A stretch of 64,000 nucleotides of DNA from assembly GCA_964016885.1 (NCBI GenBank), contig OZ024746.1, positions 52,576,001 through 52,640,000 on the forward strand, read 5' to 3'. Positions 1-13,689 of this stretch are shown here, piece by piece. The stretch is from Eledone cirrhosa. Lineage: Eukaryota. The notes beneath the pieces are model-generated. The model made no database searches and was not told where the DNA came from. It worked only from the letters and a program-made list of their open reading frames with translations. Numbering within the stretch: the first letter of the stretch is position 1; each line of letters opens with the position of its first letter. The position numbers and the translations under genes are program-made.

Positions 1-2193
1 TATTGTAGTTAGTGGTTGCTGTGATGGTAGTGTTGTTGTTGTTATTGTAGTTAGTGGTTGCTGAGATGGTAGTGTTGTTGTTGTTATTGTAGTTAGAGGT
101 TGCTGTGATGGTAGTGTTGTTGTTGTTGTTATTGTAGTTAGTGGTTGCTGAGATAATAGTGTTGTTGTTGTTGTTATTGTAGTTAGTGGTTACTGAGATG
201 GTAGTGTTGTTGTTGTTATTGTAGTTAGTGATTGCTGAGATGGTAGTGTTGTTGTTGTTGTTGTTATTGTAGTTAGTGGTTTCTGTGATGGTAGTGTTGT
301 TGTTGTTGTTATTGTAGTTAGGGGTTGCTGAGATAATAGTGTTGTTGTTGTTGTTATTGTAGTTAGTGGTTTCTGTGATGGTAGTGTTGTTGTTGTTGTT
401 ATTGTAGTTAGGGGTTGCTGAGATAATAGTGTTGTTGTTGTTGTTATTGTAGTTAGTGGTTACTGAGATGGTAGTGTTGTTGTTGTTATTGTAGTTAGTG
501 GTTGCTGAGATGGTAGTGTTGTTGTTGTTGTTATTGTATTTAGAGGTTGCTGTGATGGTAGTGTTGTTGTTGTTGTTATTGTAGTTAGTGGTTGCTGAGA
601 TAATAGTGTTGTTGTTGTTGTTATTGTAGTTAGTGGTTGCTGAGATGGTAGTGTTGTTGTTGTTATTGTAGTTAGTGGTTGCTGAGATGGTAGTGTTGTT
701 GTTGTTGTTATTGTAGTTAGTGGTTTCTGTGATGGTAGTGTTGTTGTTGTTGTTGTTATTGTAGTTAGTGGTTGCTGAGATAATAGTGTTGTTGTTGTTG
801 TTATTGTAGTTAGTGGTTGCTGAGATGGTAGTGTTGTTGTTGTTGTTATTGTAGTTAGTGGTTTCTGTGATGGTAGTGTTGTTGTTGATGTTATTGTAGT
901 TAGTGGTTGCTGAGATAATAGTGTTGTTGTTGTTGTTATTGTAGTTAGTGGTTGCTGAGATGGTAGTGTTGTTGTTGTTGTTATTGTAGTTAGTGGTTGC
1001 TGAGATGGTAGTGTTGTTGTTGTTGTTATTGTAGTTAGTGGTTTCTGTGATGGTAGTGTTGTTGTTGTTGTTATTGAAGTTAGTGGTTGCTGTGATGGTA
1101 GTGTTGTTGTTGTTATTGTAGTTAGTGGTTGCTGAGATGGTAGTGTTGTTGTTGTTGTTATTGTAGTTAGTGGTTGCTGAGATGGTAGTGTTGTTGTTGT
1201 TGTTATTGTAGTTAGTGGTTGCTGAGATAATAGTGTTGTTGTTGTTGTTATTGTAGTTAGTGGTTGCTGAGATTGTAGTGTTGTTGTTGTTATTGTAGTT
1301 AGTGGTTGCTGAGATGGTAGTGTTGTTGTTGTTGTTATTGTAGTTAGTGGTTTCTGTGATGGTAGTGTTGTTGTTGTTGTTATTGTAGTTAGTGGTTGCT
1401 GAGATAATAGTGTTGTTGTTGTTGTTATTGTAGTTAGTGGTTGCTGAGATGGTAGTTTTGTTGTTGTTGTTATTGTGGTTAGTGGTTTCTGTGATGGTAG
1501 TGTTGTTGTTGTTGTTATTGTAGTTAGTGGTTGCTGAGATAATAGTGTTGATGTTGTTGTTATTGTAGTTAGTGGTTGCTGAGATGGTAGTGTTGTTGTT
1601 GTTGTTATTGTAGTTAGTGGTTGCTGAGATGGTAGTGTTGTTGTTGTTATTGTAGTTAGTGGTTTCTGTGATGGTAGTTTTGTTGTTGTTGTTATTGTAG
1701 TTAGTGGTTGCTGTGATGGTAGTGTTGTTGTTGTTATTGTAGTTAGTGGTTGCTGAGATGGTAGTGTTGTTGTTGTTGTTATTCTAGTTAGTGGTTGCTG
1801 TGATGGTAGTGTTGTTGTTGTTGTTATTGTAGTTAGTGGTTTCTGTGATGGTAGTGTTGTTGTTGTTGTTATTGTAGTTAGTGGTTGCTGAGATGGTAGT
1901 GTTGTTGTTGTTATTCTAGTTAGTGGTTGCTGAGATGGTAGTGTTGTTGTTGTTGTTATTGTAGTTAGTAGTTTTTGTGATGGTAGTGTTGTTGTTGTTG
2001 TTATTGTAGTTAGTGGTTGCTGTGATGGTAGTGTTGTTGTTGTTATTGTAGTTAGTGGTTGCTGAGATGGTAGTGTTGTTGTTGTTGTTATTGTAGTTAG
2101 AGGTTGCTGTGTTGGTAGTGTTGTTGTTGTTGTTATTGTAGTTAGTGGTTGCTGAGATAATAGTGTTGTTGTTGTTGTTATTGTAGTTAGTGG

Positions 2194-5100
2194 TTACTGA
2201 GATGGTAGTGTTGTTGTTGTTATTGTAGTTAGTGGTTGCTGAGATGGTAGTGTTGTTGTTGTTGTTATTGTAGTTAGTGGTTTCTGTGATGGTAGTGTTG
2301 TTGTTGTTGTTGTTATTGTAGTTAGTGGTTGCTGAGATAATAGTGTTGTTGTTGTTGTTATTGTAGTTAGTGGTTGCTGAGATGGTAGTGTTGTTGTTGT
2401 TGTTATTGTAGTTAGTGGTTTCTGTGATGGTAGTGTTGTTGTTGTTGTTATTGTAGTTAGTGGTTGCTGAGATGGTAGTGTTGTTGTTGTTGTTATTGTA
2501 GTTATTGGTTGCTGAGATGGTAGTGTTGTTGTTGTTGTTATTGTAGTTAGTGGTTTCTGTGATGGTAGTGTTGTTGTTGTTGTTATTGAAGTTAGTGGTT
2601 GCTGTGATGGTAGTGTTGTTGTTGTTATTGTAGTTAGTGGTTGCTGAGATGGTAGTGTTGTTGTTGTTGTTATTGTAGTTAGTGGTTGCTGAGATGGTAG
2701 TGTTGTTGTTGTTGTTATTGTAGTTAGTGGTTGCTGAGATAATAGTGTTGTTGTTGTTGTTATTGTAGTTAGTGGTTGCTGAGATGGTAGTGTTGTTGTT
2801 GTTATTGTAGTTAGTGGTTGCTGAGATGGTAGTGTTGTTGTTGTTGTTATTGTAGTTAGTGGTTTCTGTGATGGTAGTGTTGTTGTTGTTGTTATTGTAG
2901 TTAGTGGTTGCTGAGATAATAGTGTTGTTGTTGTTGTTATTGTAGTTAGTGGTTGCTGAGATGGTAGTGTTGTTGTTGTTGTTATTGTGGTTAGTGGTTT
3001 CTGTGATGGTAGTGTTGTTGTTGTTGTTATTGTAGTTAGTGGTTGCTGTGATGTTAGTGTTGTTGTTGTTATTGTAGTTAGTGGTTGCTGAGATGGTAGT
3101 GTTATTGTTGTTGTTATTGTAGTTAGTGGTTGCTGAGATGGTAGTGTTGTTGTTGTTGTTATTGTAGTTAGTGGTTTCTGTGATGGTAGTGTTGTTGTTG
3201 TTGTTATTGTAGTTAGTGGTTGCTGAGATGGTAGTGTTGTTGTTGTTGTTATTGTTGTTAGAGGTTGCTGAGATGGTAGTGTTGTTGTTGTTATTCTAGT
3301 TAGTGGTTGCTGTGATGGTAGTGTTGTTGTTGTTGTTATTGTAGTTAGTGGTTTCTGTGATGGTAGTGTTGTTGTTGTTATTGTAGTTAGAGCTTGCTGA
3401 GATGGTAGTGTTGTTGTTGTTATTGTAGTTAGTGGTTTCTGTGATGGTAGTGTTGTTGTTGTTATTGTAGTTAGTGGTTGCTGAGATGGTAGTGTTGTTG
3501 TTGTTATTGTAGTTAGAGGTTGCTGTGATGGTAGTGTTGTTGTTGTTGTTATTGTAGTTAGTGGTTTCTGTGATGGTAGTGTTGTTGTTGTTGTTATTAT
3601 AGTTAGTGGTTTCTGTGATGGTAGTGTTGTTGTTGTTATTCTAGTTAGTGGTTGCTGTGATGGTAGTGTTGTTGTTGTTGTTATTGTAGTTAGTGGTTGC
3701 TGAGATGGTAGTGTTGTTGTTGTTATTGTAGTTAGTGGTTTCTGTGATGGTAGTGTTGTTGTTGTTATTGTAGTTAGTGGTTGCTGAGATGGTAGTGTTG
3801 TTGTTGTTGTTATTGTAGTTAGAGGTTGCTGTGATGGTAGTGTTGTTGTTGTTGTTATTGTAGTTAGTGGTTGCTGAGATAATAGTGTTGTTGTTGTTGT
3901 TATTGTAGTTAGTGGTTGCTGAGATGATAGTGTTGTTGTTGTTGTTATTGTAGTTAGTGGTTGCTGAGATGGTAGTGTTGTTGTTGTTGTTATTGTAGTT
4001 AGTGGTTTTTGTGATGGTAGTGTTGTTGTTGTTGTTATTGTAGTTAGTGGTTGCTGTGATGGTAGTGTTGTTGTTGTTATTGTAGTTAGTGGTTGCTGAG
4101 ATGGTAGTGTTGTTGTTGTTGTTATTGTAGTTAGTGGTTTTTGTGATGGTAGTGTTGTTGTTGTTGTTATTGTAGTTAGTGGTTGCTGTGATGGTAGTGT
4201 TGTTGTTGTTATTGTAGTTAGTGGTTGCTGAGATGGTAGTGTTGTTGTTGTTGTTATTGTAGTTAGAGGTTGCTGTGATGGTAGTGTTGTTGTTGTTGTT
4301 ATTGTAGTTAGTGGTTGCTGAGATAATAGTGTTGTTGTTGTTGTTATTGTAGTTAGTGGTTGCTGAGATGGTAGTGTTGTTGTTGTTATTGTAGTTAGTG
4401 ATTGCTGAGATGGTAGTGTTGTTGTTGTTATTGTAGTTAGCGGTTGCTGAGATGGTAGTGTTGTTGTTGTTGTTATTGTAGTTAGTGGTTTCTGTGATGG
4501 TAGTGTTGTTGTTGTTGTTATTGTAGTTAGTGGTTTCTGTGATGGTAGTGTTGTTGTTGTTGTTATTGTAGTTAGTGGTTGCTGAGATAATAGTGTTGTT
4601 GTTGTTGTTATTGTAGTTAGTGGTTGCTGAGATGGTAGTGTTGTTGTTGTTGTTATTGTAGTTAGTGGTTGCTGAGATGGTAGTGTTGTTGTTGTTGTTA
4701 TTGTAGTTAGTGGTTTCTGTGATGGTAGTGTTGTTGTTGTTGTTATTGAAGTTAGTGGTTGCTGTGATGGTAGTGTTGTTGTTGTTATTGTAGTTAGTGG
4801 TTGCTGAGATGGTAGTGTTGTTGTTGTTGTTATTGTAGTTAGTGGTTGCTGAGATGGTAGTGTTGTTGTTGCTGTTATTGTAGTTAGTGGTTTCTGTGAT
4901 GGTAGTGTTGTTGTTGTTGTTATTGTAGTTAGTGGTTGCTGTGATGGTAGTGTTGTTGTTGTTATTATAATTAGTGGTTGCTGTGATGGTAGTGTTGTTG
5001 TTGTTGTTATTGTAGTTAGTGGTTTCTGTGATGGTAGTGTTGTTGTTGTTATTGTAGTTAGTGGTTGCTGAGATGGTAGTGTTGTTGTTGTGGTTATTGT

Positions 5101-5280
5101 AGTTAGTGGTTGCTGAGATGGTAGTGTTGTTGTTGTTATTGTAGCTAGTGGTTGCTGTGATGTTAGTGTTGTTGTTGTTATTGTAGTTAGTGGTTTCTGT
5201 GATGGTAGTGTTGTTGTTGTTATTGTAGCTAGTGGTTGCTGTGATGGTAGTGTTTTTGTTGTTATTGTAGTTAGTGGTTG
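2194..5280 (-). other. Stop-free reading frame (standard code, no ATG) encoding about 1,028 aa of Thr/Pro/Ser-rich mucin-like repeats TTTT(T)LPSQ(Q/K)PLTTI; coding status unproven
   Basis: The reverse complement of the unit reads ACA ACA ACA ACA CTA CCA TCW CAG CAA CCW CTA ACT ACA ATA. The stretch is bounded by TAG (plus-strand cta 5281-5283) and TAA (plus-strand tta 2194-2196). Long open frames are expected by chance in such a repeat. Confidence 0.15.
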
Positions 5281-5341
5281 CTATGATGGTAGTGTTGTTG
5301 TTGTTATTGTAGTAAGAGGTTGCTATGATGGTAGTGTTGTT

Positions 5342-6135
5342 GTTGATGTTGTAGTTAGTGGTTGATGTGATGGTAGTGTTGTTATTCTTATTGTAGTTAG
5401 TGGTTGTTGTGATGGTAGTGTTGTTGTTGTTATTGTAGTTAGTGGTTGTTGTGATGGTAGTGTTGTTGTTGTTGTTGTAGTTAGTGGTTGATGTGATGGT
5501 AGTGTTGTTGTTGTTATTGTAGTTAGTGGTTGTTGTGATGGTAGTGTTGTTGTTGTTATTGTAGTTAGTGGTTGATGTGATGGTAGTGTTGTTGTTGTTA
5601 TTGTAGTTAGTGGTTGTTGTGATGGTAGTGTTGTTGTTGTTGTTGTAGTTAGTGATTGATGTGATGGTAGTGTTGTTATTGTTATTGTAGTTAGTGGTTG
5701 TTGTGATGGTAGTGTTGTTGTTGTTATTGTAGTTAGTGGTTGTTGTGATGGTAGTGTTGTTGTTGTTGTTGTAGTTAGTGGTTGATGTGATGGTAGTGTT
5801 GTTGTTGTTATTGTAGTTAGAGGTTGTTGTGATGGTAGTGTTGTTGTTGTTGTTGTAGTTAGTGGTTGATGTGATGGTAGTTTTGTTGTTGTTATTGTAG
5901 TTAGTGGTTGTTGTGATGGTAGTGTTGTTGTTGTTGTTGTAGTTAGTGGTTGGTGTGATGGTAGTGTTGTTATTGTTATTGTAGTTAGTGGTTGTTGTGA
6001 TGGTAGTGTTGTTGTTGATGTTGGAGTTAGTGGTTGATGTGACGGTAGTGTTGTTATTGTTATTGTAGTTAGTGGTTGTTGTGATGGTAATGTTGTTGTT
6101 GTTGTTGTAGTTAGTGGTTGTTTTGATGGTAGTGT
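5342..6135. repeat. Divergent, nearly C-free sub-array of 42-bp units (GGTTGATGTGAT / GGTTGTTGTGAT variants), copy 1
   Basis: About 19 consecutive units have TGC replaced by TGA/TGT/TGG and ATT often replaced by GTT. Private markers: ttggagttag (6021), gacggtag (6041), gttttgatgg (6120). Confidence 0.9.
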
Positions 6136-8565
6136 TGTTGTTATTGTTATTGTAGTTAGAGGTTGCTGTGATGGTAGTGTTGTTGTTATTGTATTTAGTG
6201 GTTGCTGAGATGGTAGTGTTGTTGTTGTTTTTATTGTAGTTAGTGGTTGCTGAGATGGTAGTGTTGTTGTTGTTGTTATTGTAGTTAGTGGTTTCTGTGA
6301 TGGTAGTGTTGTTGTTGTTGTTATTGTAGTTAGTGGTTTCTGTGATGGTAGTGTTGTTGTTGTTATTGTAGTTAGTGGTTGCTGAGATGGTAGTGTTGTT
6401 GTTGTTATTGTAGTTAGTGGTTGCTGAGATGGTAGTGTTGTTGTTGTTGTTATTGTAGTTAGAGGTTGCTGTGATGGTAGTGTTGTTGTTGTTGTTATTG
6501 TAGTTAGTGGTTGCTGAGATGGTAGTGTTGTTGTTGTTGTTATTGTAGTTAGTGGTTGCTGAGATAATAGTGTTGTTGTTGTTGTTATTGTAGTTAGTGG
6601 TTGCTGAGATGGTAGTGTTGTTGTTGTTATTGTAGTTATTGGTTGCTGAGATGGTAGTGTTGTTGTTGTTGTTATTGTACTTAGTGGTTTCTGTGATGGT
6701 AGTGTTGTTGTTGTTGTTATTGTAGTTAGTGGTTGCTGAGATAATAGTGTTGTTGTTGTTGTTATTGTAGTTAGTGGTTGCTGAGATGGTAGTGTTGTTG
6801 TTGTTGTTATTGTAGTTAGTGGTTGATGAGATGGTAGTGTTGTTGTTGTTGTTATTGTAGTTAGTGGTTTCTGTGATTGTAGTGCTGTTGTTGTTGTTAT
6901 TGTAGTTAGTGGTTGCTGTGATGGTAGTGTTGTTGTTGTTATTGTGGTTAGTGGTTGCTGAGATGGTAGTGTTGTTGTTGTTGTTATTGTAGTTAGTGGT
7001 TGCTGAGATGGTAGTGTTGTTGTTGTTGTTATTGTAGTTAGTGGTTTCTGTGATGGTAGTGTTGTTGTTGTTGTTATTGTAGTTAGTGGTTGCTGTGATG
7101 GTAGTGTTGTTGTCGTTATTCTAGTTAGTGGCTGCTGTGATGGTAGTGTTGTTGTTGTTGTTATTGTAGTTAGTGGTTTCTGTGATGGTAGTGTTGTTGT
7201 TGTTATTGTAGTTAGTGGTTGCTGAGATGGTAGTGTTGTTGTTGTGGTTATTGTAGTTAGTGGTTGCTGAGATGGTAGTGTTGTTGTTGTTATTGTAGCT
7301 AGTGGTTGCTGTGATGTTAGTGTTGTTGTTATTGTAGTTAGTGGTTGCTATGATGGTAGTGATGTTGTTGTTATTGTAGCTAGTGGTTGCTGTGTTGGCA
7401 GTGTTGTTGTTGTTATTGTAGTTAGTGGTTGCTATGATGGTAGTGTTGTTGTTGTTATTGTAGTTAGTGGTTGCTATGATGGCAGTGTTGTTGTTGTTAT
7501 TGTAGTTAGAGGTTGCTATGATGGTAGTGTTGTTGTCGTTATTGTAGTTAGAGGTTGCTATGATGGTAGTGTTGTTGTTGTTATTGTAGTTAGTGGTTGC
7601 TATGATGGTAGTGTTGTTGTCGTTATTGTAGCTAGAGGTTGCTATGATGGTAGTGTTGTTGTTGTTATTGTAGCTAGAGGTTGCTATGATGGCAGTGTTG
7701 TTGTTGTTATTGTAGTTAGAGGTTGCTATGATGGTAGTGTTGTTGTTGTTATTGTAGTTAGTGGTTGCTATGATGGTAGTGTTGTTGTCGTTATTGTAGC
7801 TAGAGGTTGCTGAGATGGTAGTGTTGTTGTTGTTGTTATTGTTGTTAGTGGTTGCTGAGATGGTAGTGTTGTTGTTGTTGTTATTGTAGTTAGTGGTTGC
7901 TGTGATGGTAGTGTTGTTGTTGTTATTGTAGTTAGAGGTTGCCGAGATGGTAGTGTTGTTGTTGTTATTGTAGTTACAGGTTGCTGTGATGGTAGTGTTG
8001 TTGTTGTTATTGTAGTTAGTGTTTGCTGAGATGGTAGTGTTGTTGTTGTTTTTATTGTAGTTAGTGTTTGCTTAGATGGTAGTGTTGTTGTTGTTTTTAT
8101 TGTAGTTAGTGGTTGCTGAGATGGTAGTGTTGTTGTTGTTGTTATTGTAGTTAGTGGTTTCTGTGATGGTAGTGTTGTTGTTGTTATTGTAGTTAGTGGT
8201 TGCTGAGATGGTAGTGTTGTTGTTGTAGTTAGAGGTTGCTGTGATGGTAGTGTTGTTGTTGTTGTTATTGTAGTTAGTGGTTTCTGTGATGGTAGTGTTG
8301 TTGTTGTTGTTATTATAGTTAGTGGTTGCTGAGTTGGTAGTGTTGTTGTTGTTGTTATTGTAGTTAGTGGATGCTGAGATGGTAGTGTTGTTGTTGTTGT
8401 TATTGTAGTTAGTGGTTGCTGAGATGGTAGTGTTGTTGTTGTTGTTATTATAGTTAGTGGTTGCTGAGTTGGTAGTGTTGTTGTTGTTGTTATTGTAGAT
8501 AGTGGTTGCTGAGATGGTAGTGTTGTTGTTGTTGTTATTGTAGCTAGAGGTTGCTGTGATGGTAG

Positions 8566-8566
<1 letters not shown>

Positions 8567-8614
<48 letters not shown>
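8567..8614. repeat. (GTT)16 expanded microsatellite within one unit
   Basis: 48 bp of pure GTT versus the normal 4-5 copies. Confidence 0.95.
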
Positions 8615-11083
8615 ATTGTAGTTAGTGGTTTCTGTGATGGTAGTGTTGTTGTTGTTATTGTAGTTAGTGGTAGCTAAGATGGTAGTGTTGTTGTTGTTGT
8701 TATTGTAGTTAGAGGTTGGTGTTGATGGTAGTGTTGTTGTTATTATTGTAGTTAGTGGTTGCTGTGTTGGTAGTGTTGTTGTTGTTGTTATTGTAGTTAG
8801 TGGTTGCTGTGATGGTAGTGTTGTTGTTGTTATTGTAGTTAGAGGTTGCTGAGATGGTAGTGTTGTTGTTGTTGTTATTGTAGTTAGTGGTTGCTATGAT
8901 GGTAGTGATGTTGTTGTTATTGTAGCTAGTGGTTGCTGTGTTGGTAGTGTTGTTGTTGTTATTGTAGTTAGAGGTTGCTGAGATGTTAGTGTTGTTGTTG
9001 TTATTGTAGTTAGAGGTTGCTGTGATGGTAGTGTTGTTGTTGTTGTTATTGTAGTTAGTGGTTGCTGTGATGGTAGTGTTGTTGTTGTTATTGTAGTTAG
9101 AGGTTGCTGAGATGGTAGTGTTGTTGTTGTTGTTATTGTAGTTAGTGGTTGCTGAGATGATAGTGTTGTTGTTGTTGTTATTGTAGTTAGTGGTTGCTGA
9201 GATGGTAGTGTTGTTGTTGTTGTTATTGTAGTTAGTGGTTTTTGTGATGGTAGTGTTGTTGTTGTTGTTATTGTAGTTAGTGGTTGCTGTGATGGTAGTG
9301 TTGTTGTTGTTATTGTAGTTAGTGGTTGCTGAGATGGTAGTGTTGTTGTTGTTGTTATTGTAGTTAGTGGTTTTTGTGATGGTAGTGTTGTTGTTGTTGT
9401 TATTGTAGTTAGTGGTTGCTGTGATGGTAGTGTTGTTGTTGTTATTGTAGTTAGTGGTTGCTGAGATGGTAGTGTTGTTGTTGTTGTTATTGTAGTTAGA
9501 GGTTGCTGTGATGGTAGTGTTGTTGTTGTTGTTATTGTAGTTAGTGGTTGCTGAGATAATAGTGTTGTTGTTGTTGTTATTGTAGTTAGTGGTTGCTGAG
9601 ATGGTAGTGTTGTTGTTGTTATTGTAGTTAGTGATTGCTGAGATGGTAGTGTTGTTGTTGTTATTGTAGTTAGCGGTTGCTGAGATGGTAGTGTTGTTGT
9701 TGTTGTTATTGTAGTTAGTGGTTTCTGTGATGGTAGTGTTGTTGTTGTTGTTATTGTAGTTAGTGGTTTCTGTGATGGTAGTGTTGTTGTTGTTGTTATT
9801 GTAGTTAGTGGTTGCTGAGATAATAGTGTTGTTGTTGTTGTTATTGTAGTTAGTGGTTGCTATGATGGTAGTGTTGTTGTCGTTATTGTAGTTAGAGGTT
9901 GCTATGATGGTAGTGTTGTTGTTGTTATTGTAGTTAGAGGTTGCTATGATGGTAGTGTTGTTGTCGTTATTGTAGTTAGAGGTTGCTATGATGGTAGTGT
10001 TGTTGTTGTTATCGTAGTTAGTGGTTGCTATGATGGTAGTGTTGTTGTCGTTATTGTAGCTAGAGGTTGCTATGATGGTAGTGTTGTTGTTGTTATTGTA
10101 GCTAGAGGTTGCTATGATGGCAGTGTTGTTGTTGTTATTGTAGTTAGAGGTTGCTATGATGGTAGTGTTGTTGTTGTTATTGTAGTTAGTGGTTGCTATG
10201 ATGGTAGTGTTGTTGTCGTTATTGTAGCTAGAGGTTGCTGAGATGGTAGTGTTGTTGTTGTTGTTATTGTTGTTAGTGGTTGCTGAGATGGTAGTGTTGT
10301 TGTTGTTGTTATTGTAGTTAGTGGTTGCTGTGATGGTAGTGTTGTTGTTGTTATTGTAGTTAGAGGTTGCCGAGATGGTAGTGTTGTTGTTGTTATTGTA
10401 GTTACAGGTTGCTGTGATGGTAGTGTTGTTGTTGTTATTGTAGTTAGTGTTTGCTGAGATGGTAGTGTTGTTGTTGTTTTTATTGTAGTTAGTGTTTGCT
10501 TAGATGGTAGTGTTGTTGTTGTTTTTATTGTAGTTAGTGGTTGCTGAGATGGTAGTGTTGTTGTTGTTGTTATTGTAGTTAGTGGTTTCTGTGATGGTAG
10601 TGTTGTTGTTGTTATTGTAGTTAGTGGTTGCTGAGATGGTAGTGTTGTTGTTGTAGTTAGAGGTTGCTGTGATGGTAGTGTTGTTGTTGTTGTTATTGTA
10701 GTTAGTGGTTTCTGTGATGGTAGTGTTGTTGTTGTTGTTATTATAGTTAGTGGTTGCTGAGTTGTTAGTGTTGTTGTTGTTCTTATTGTAGTTAGTGGTT
10801 GCTGAGATGGTAGTGTTGTTGTTGTTGTTATTATAGTTAGTGGTTGCTGAGTTGGTAGTGTTGTTGTTGTTGTTATTGTAGTTAGTGGATGCTGAGATGG
10901 TAGTGTTGTTGTTGTTGTTATTGTAGTTAGTGGTTGCTGAGATGGTAGTGTTGTTGTTGTTGTTATTATAGTTAGTGGTTGCTGAGTTGGTAGTGTTGTT
11001 GTTGTTGTTATTGTAGATAGTGGTTGCTGAGATGGTAGTGTTGTTGTTGTTGTTATTGTAGTTAGAGGTTGCTGTGATGGTAG

Positions 11084-11084
<1 letters not shown>

Positions 11085-11132
<48 letters not shown>
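11085..11132. repeat. (GTT)16 expanded microsatellite within one unit
   Basis: 48 bp of pure GTT, inside a duplicate of about 7500-9130 (gttacagg 7973/10401, offset 2428). Confidence 0.95.
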
Positions 11133-13123
11133 ATTGTAGTTAGTGGTTTCTGTGATGGTAGTGTTGTTGTTGTTATTGTAGTTAGTGGTAGCTAAGATGG
11201 TAGTGTTGTTGTTGTTGTTATTGTAGTTAGAGGTTGCTGTGATGGTAGTGTTGTTGTTATTATTGTAGTTAGTGGTTGCTGTGTTGGTAGTGTTGTTGTT
11301 GTTGTTATTGTAGTTAGTGGTTGCTGTGATGGTAGTGTTGTTGTTGTTATTGTAGTTAGAGGTTGCTGAGATGGTAGTGTTGTTGTTGTTGTTATTGTAG
11401 TTAGTGGTTGCTATGATGGTAGTGATGTTGTTGTTATTGTAGCTAGTGGTTGCTGTGTTGGTAGTGTTGTTGTTGTTATTGTAGTTAGAGGTTGCTGAGA
11501 TGTTAGTGTTGTTGTTGTTATTGTAGTTAGAGGTTGCTGTGATGGTAGTGTTGTTGTTGTTGTTATTGTAGTTAGTGGTTGCTGTGATGGTAGTGTTGTT
11601 GTTGTTATTGTAGTTAGAGGTTGCTGAGATGGTAGTGTTGTTGTTGTTGTTATTGTAGTTAGTGGTTGCTATGATGGTAGTGATGTTGTTGTTATTGTAG
11701 CTAGTGGTTGCTGTGTTGGTAGTGTTGTTGTTGTTATTGTAGTTAGAGGTTGCTGAGATGTTAGTGTTGTTGTTGTTATTGTAGTTAGAGGTTGCTGTGA
11801 TGGTAGTGTTGTTGTTGTTGTTATTGTAGTTAGAGGTTGCTGTGATGGTAGTGTTGTTGTTGTTGTTATTGTAGTTAGTGGTTGCTGAGATGGTAGTGTT
11901 GTTGCTGTTGTTATTGTAGTTAGTGGTTGCTGAGATAATAGTGTTGTTGTTGTTGTTATTGTAGTTAGTGGTTGCTGAGATGGTAGTGTTGTTGTTTTTA
12001 TTGTAGTTAGTGGTTGCTGAGATGGTAGTGTTGTTGTTGTTGTTATTGTAGTTAGTGGTTTCTGTGATGGTAGTGTTGTTGTTGTTGTTATTGTAGTTAG
12101 TGGTTGCTGAGATAATAGTGTTGTTTTTGTTGTTATTGTAGTTAGTGGTTGCTGAGATGGTAGTGTTGTTGTTGTTGTTATTGTAGTTAGTGGTTGCTGT
12201 GATGGTAGTGTTGTTGTTGTTATTGTAGTTAGAGGTTGCCGAGATGGTAGTGTTGTTGTTGTTATTGTAGTTACTGGTTGCTGTGATGGTAGTGTTGTTG
12301 TTGTTATTGTAGTTAGTGTTTGCTGAGATGGTAGTGTTGTTGTTGTTTTTATTGTAGTTAGTGTTTGCTTAGATGGTAGTGTTGTTGTTGTTTTTATTGT
12401 AGTTAGTGGTTGCTGAGATGGTAGTGTTGTTGTTGTTGTTATTGTAGTTAGTGGTTTCTGTGATGGTAGTGTTGTTGTTGTTATTGTAGTTAGTGGTTGC
12501 TGAGATGGTAGTGTTGTTGTTGTAGTTAGAGGTTGCTGTGATGGTAGTGTTGTTGTTGTTGTTATTGTAGTTAGTGGTTTCTGTGATGGTAGTGTTGTTG
12601 TTGTTGTTATTATAGTTAGTGGTTGCTGAGTTGTTAGTGTTGTTGTTGTTGTTATTGTAGTTAGTGGTTGCTGAGATGGTAGTGTTGTTGTTGTTGTTAT
12701 TATAGTTAGTGGTTGCTGAGTTGGTAGTGTTGTTGTTGTTGTTATTGTAGTTAGTGGTTGCTGAGATGGTAGTGTTGTTGTTGTAGTTAGAGGTTGCTGA
12801 GTTGTTAGTGTTGTTGTTGTTGTTATTGTAGTTAGTGGTTGCTGAGATGGTAGTGTTGTTGTTGTTGTTATTATAGTTAGTGGTTGCTGAGTTGGTAGTG
12901 TTGTTGTTGTTGTTATTGTAGTTAGTGGTTGCTGAGATGGTAGTGTTGTTGTTGTTGTTATTGTAGTTAGTGGTTGCTGAGATGGTAGTGTTGTTGTTAT
13001 TGTTATTATAGTTAGTGGTTGCTGAGTTGGTAGTGTTGTTGTTGTTGTTATTGTAGATAGTGGTTGCTGAGATGGTAGTGTTGTTGTTGTTGTTATTGTA
13101 GTTAGAGGTTGCTGTGATGGTAG

Positions 13124-13154
<31 letters not shown>

Positions 13155-13689
13155 ATTGTAGTTAGTGGTTTCTGTGATGGTAGTGTTGTTGTTGTTATTG
13201 TAGTTAGTGGTAGCTAAGATGGTAGTGTTGTTGTTGTTGTTATTGTAGTTAGAGGTTGCTGTGATGGTAGTGTTGTTGTTATTATTGTAGTTAGTGGTTG
13301 CTGTGATGGTAGTGTTGTTGTTGTTGTTATTGTAGTTAGTGGTTGCTGTGATGGTAGTGTTGTTGTTGTTATTGTAGTTAGAGGTTGCTGAGATGGTAGT
13401 GTTGTTGTTGTTGTTATTGTAGTTAGTGGTTGCTATGATGGTAGTGATGTTGTTGTTATTGTAGCTAGTGGTTGCTGTGTTGGTAGTGTTGTTGTTGTTA
13501 TTGTAGTTAGAGGTTGCTGAGATGTTAGTGTTGTTGTTGTTATTGTAGTTAGAGGTTGCTGTGATGGTAGTGTTGTTGTTGTTGTTATTGTAGTTAGAGG
13601 TTGCTGTGATGGTAGTGTTGTTGTTGTTGTTATTGTAGTTAGTGGTTGCTGAGATGGTAGTGTTGTTGCTGTTGTTATTGTAGTTAGTG

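Noticed and set aside
316-416. TTAGGG telomere motif or G-quadruplex
   Set aside because: There are only two isolated TTAGGGG point variants 90 bp apart. Elsewhere G-runs are mostly GG, with no tandem telomeric tract.
8715-8725. Odd unit ggttggtgttgatgg (+1 and C>G), and the -1 at about 14295
   Set aside because: Both are singletons absent from paralogous copies (e.g. about 11232 and about 2525). They are probably consensus errors or private mutations, and lie 5.5 kb apart, too far to call compensatory.
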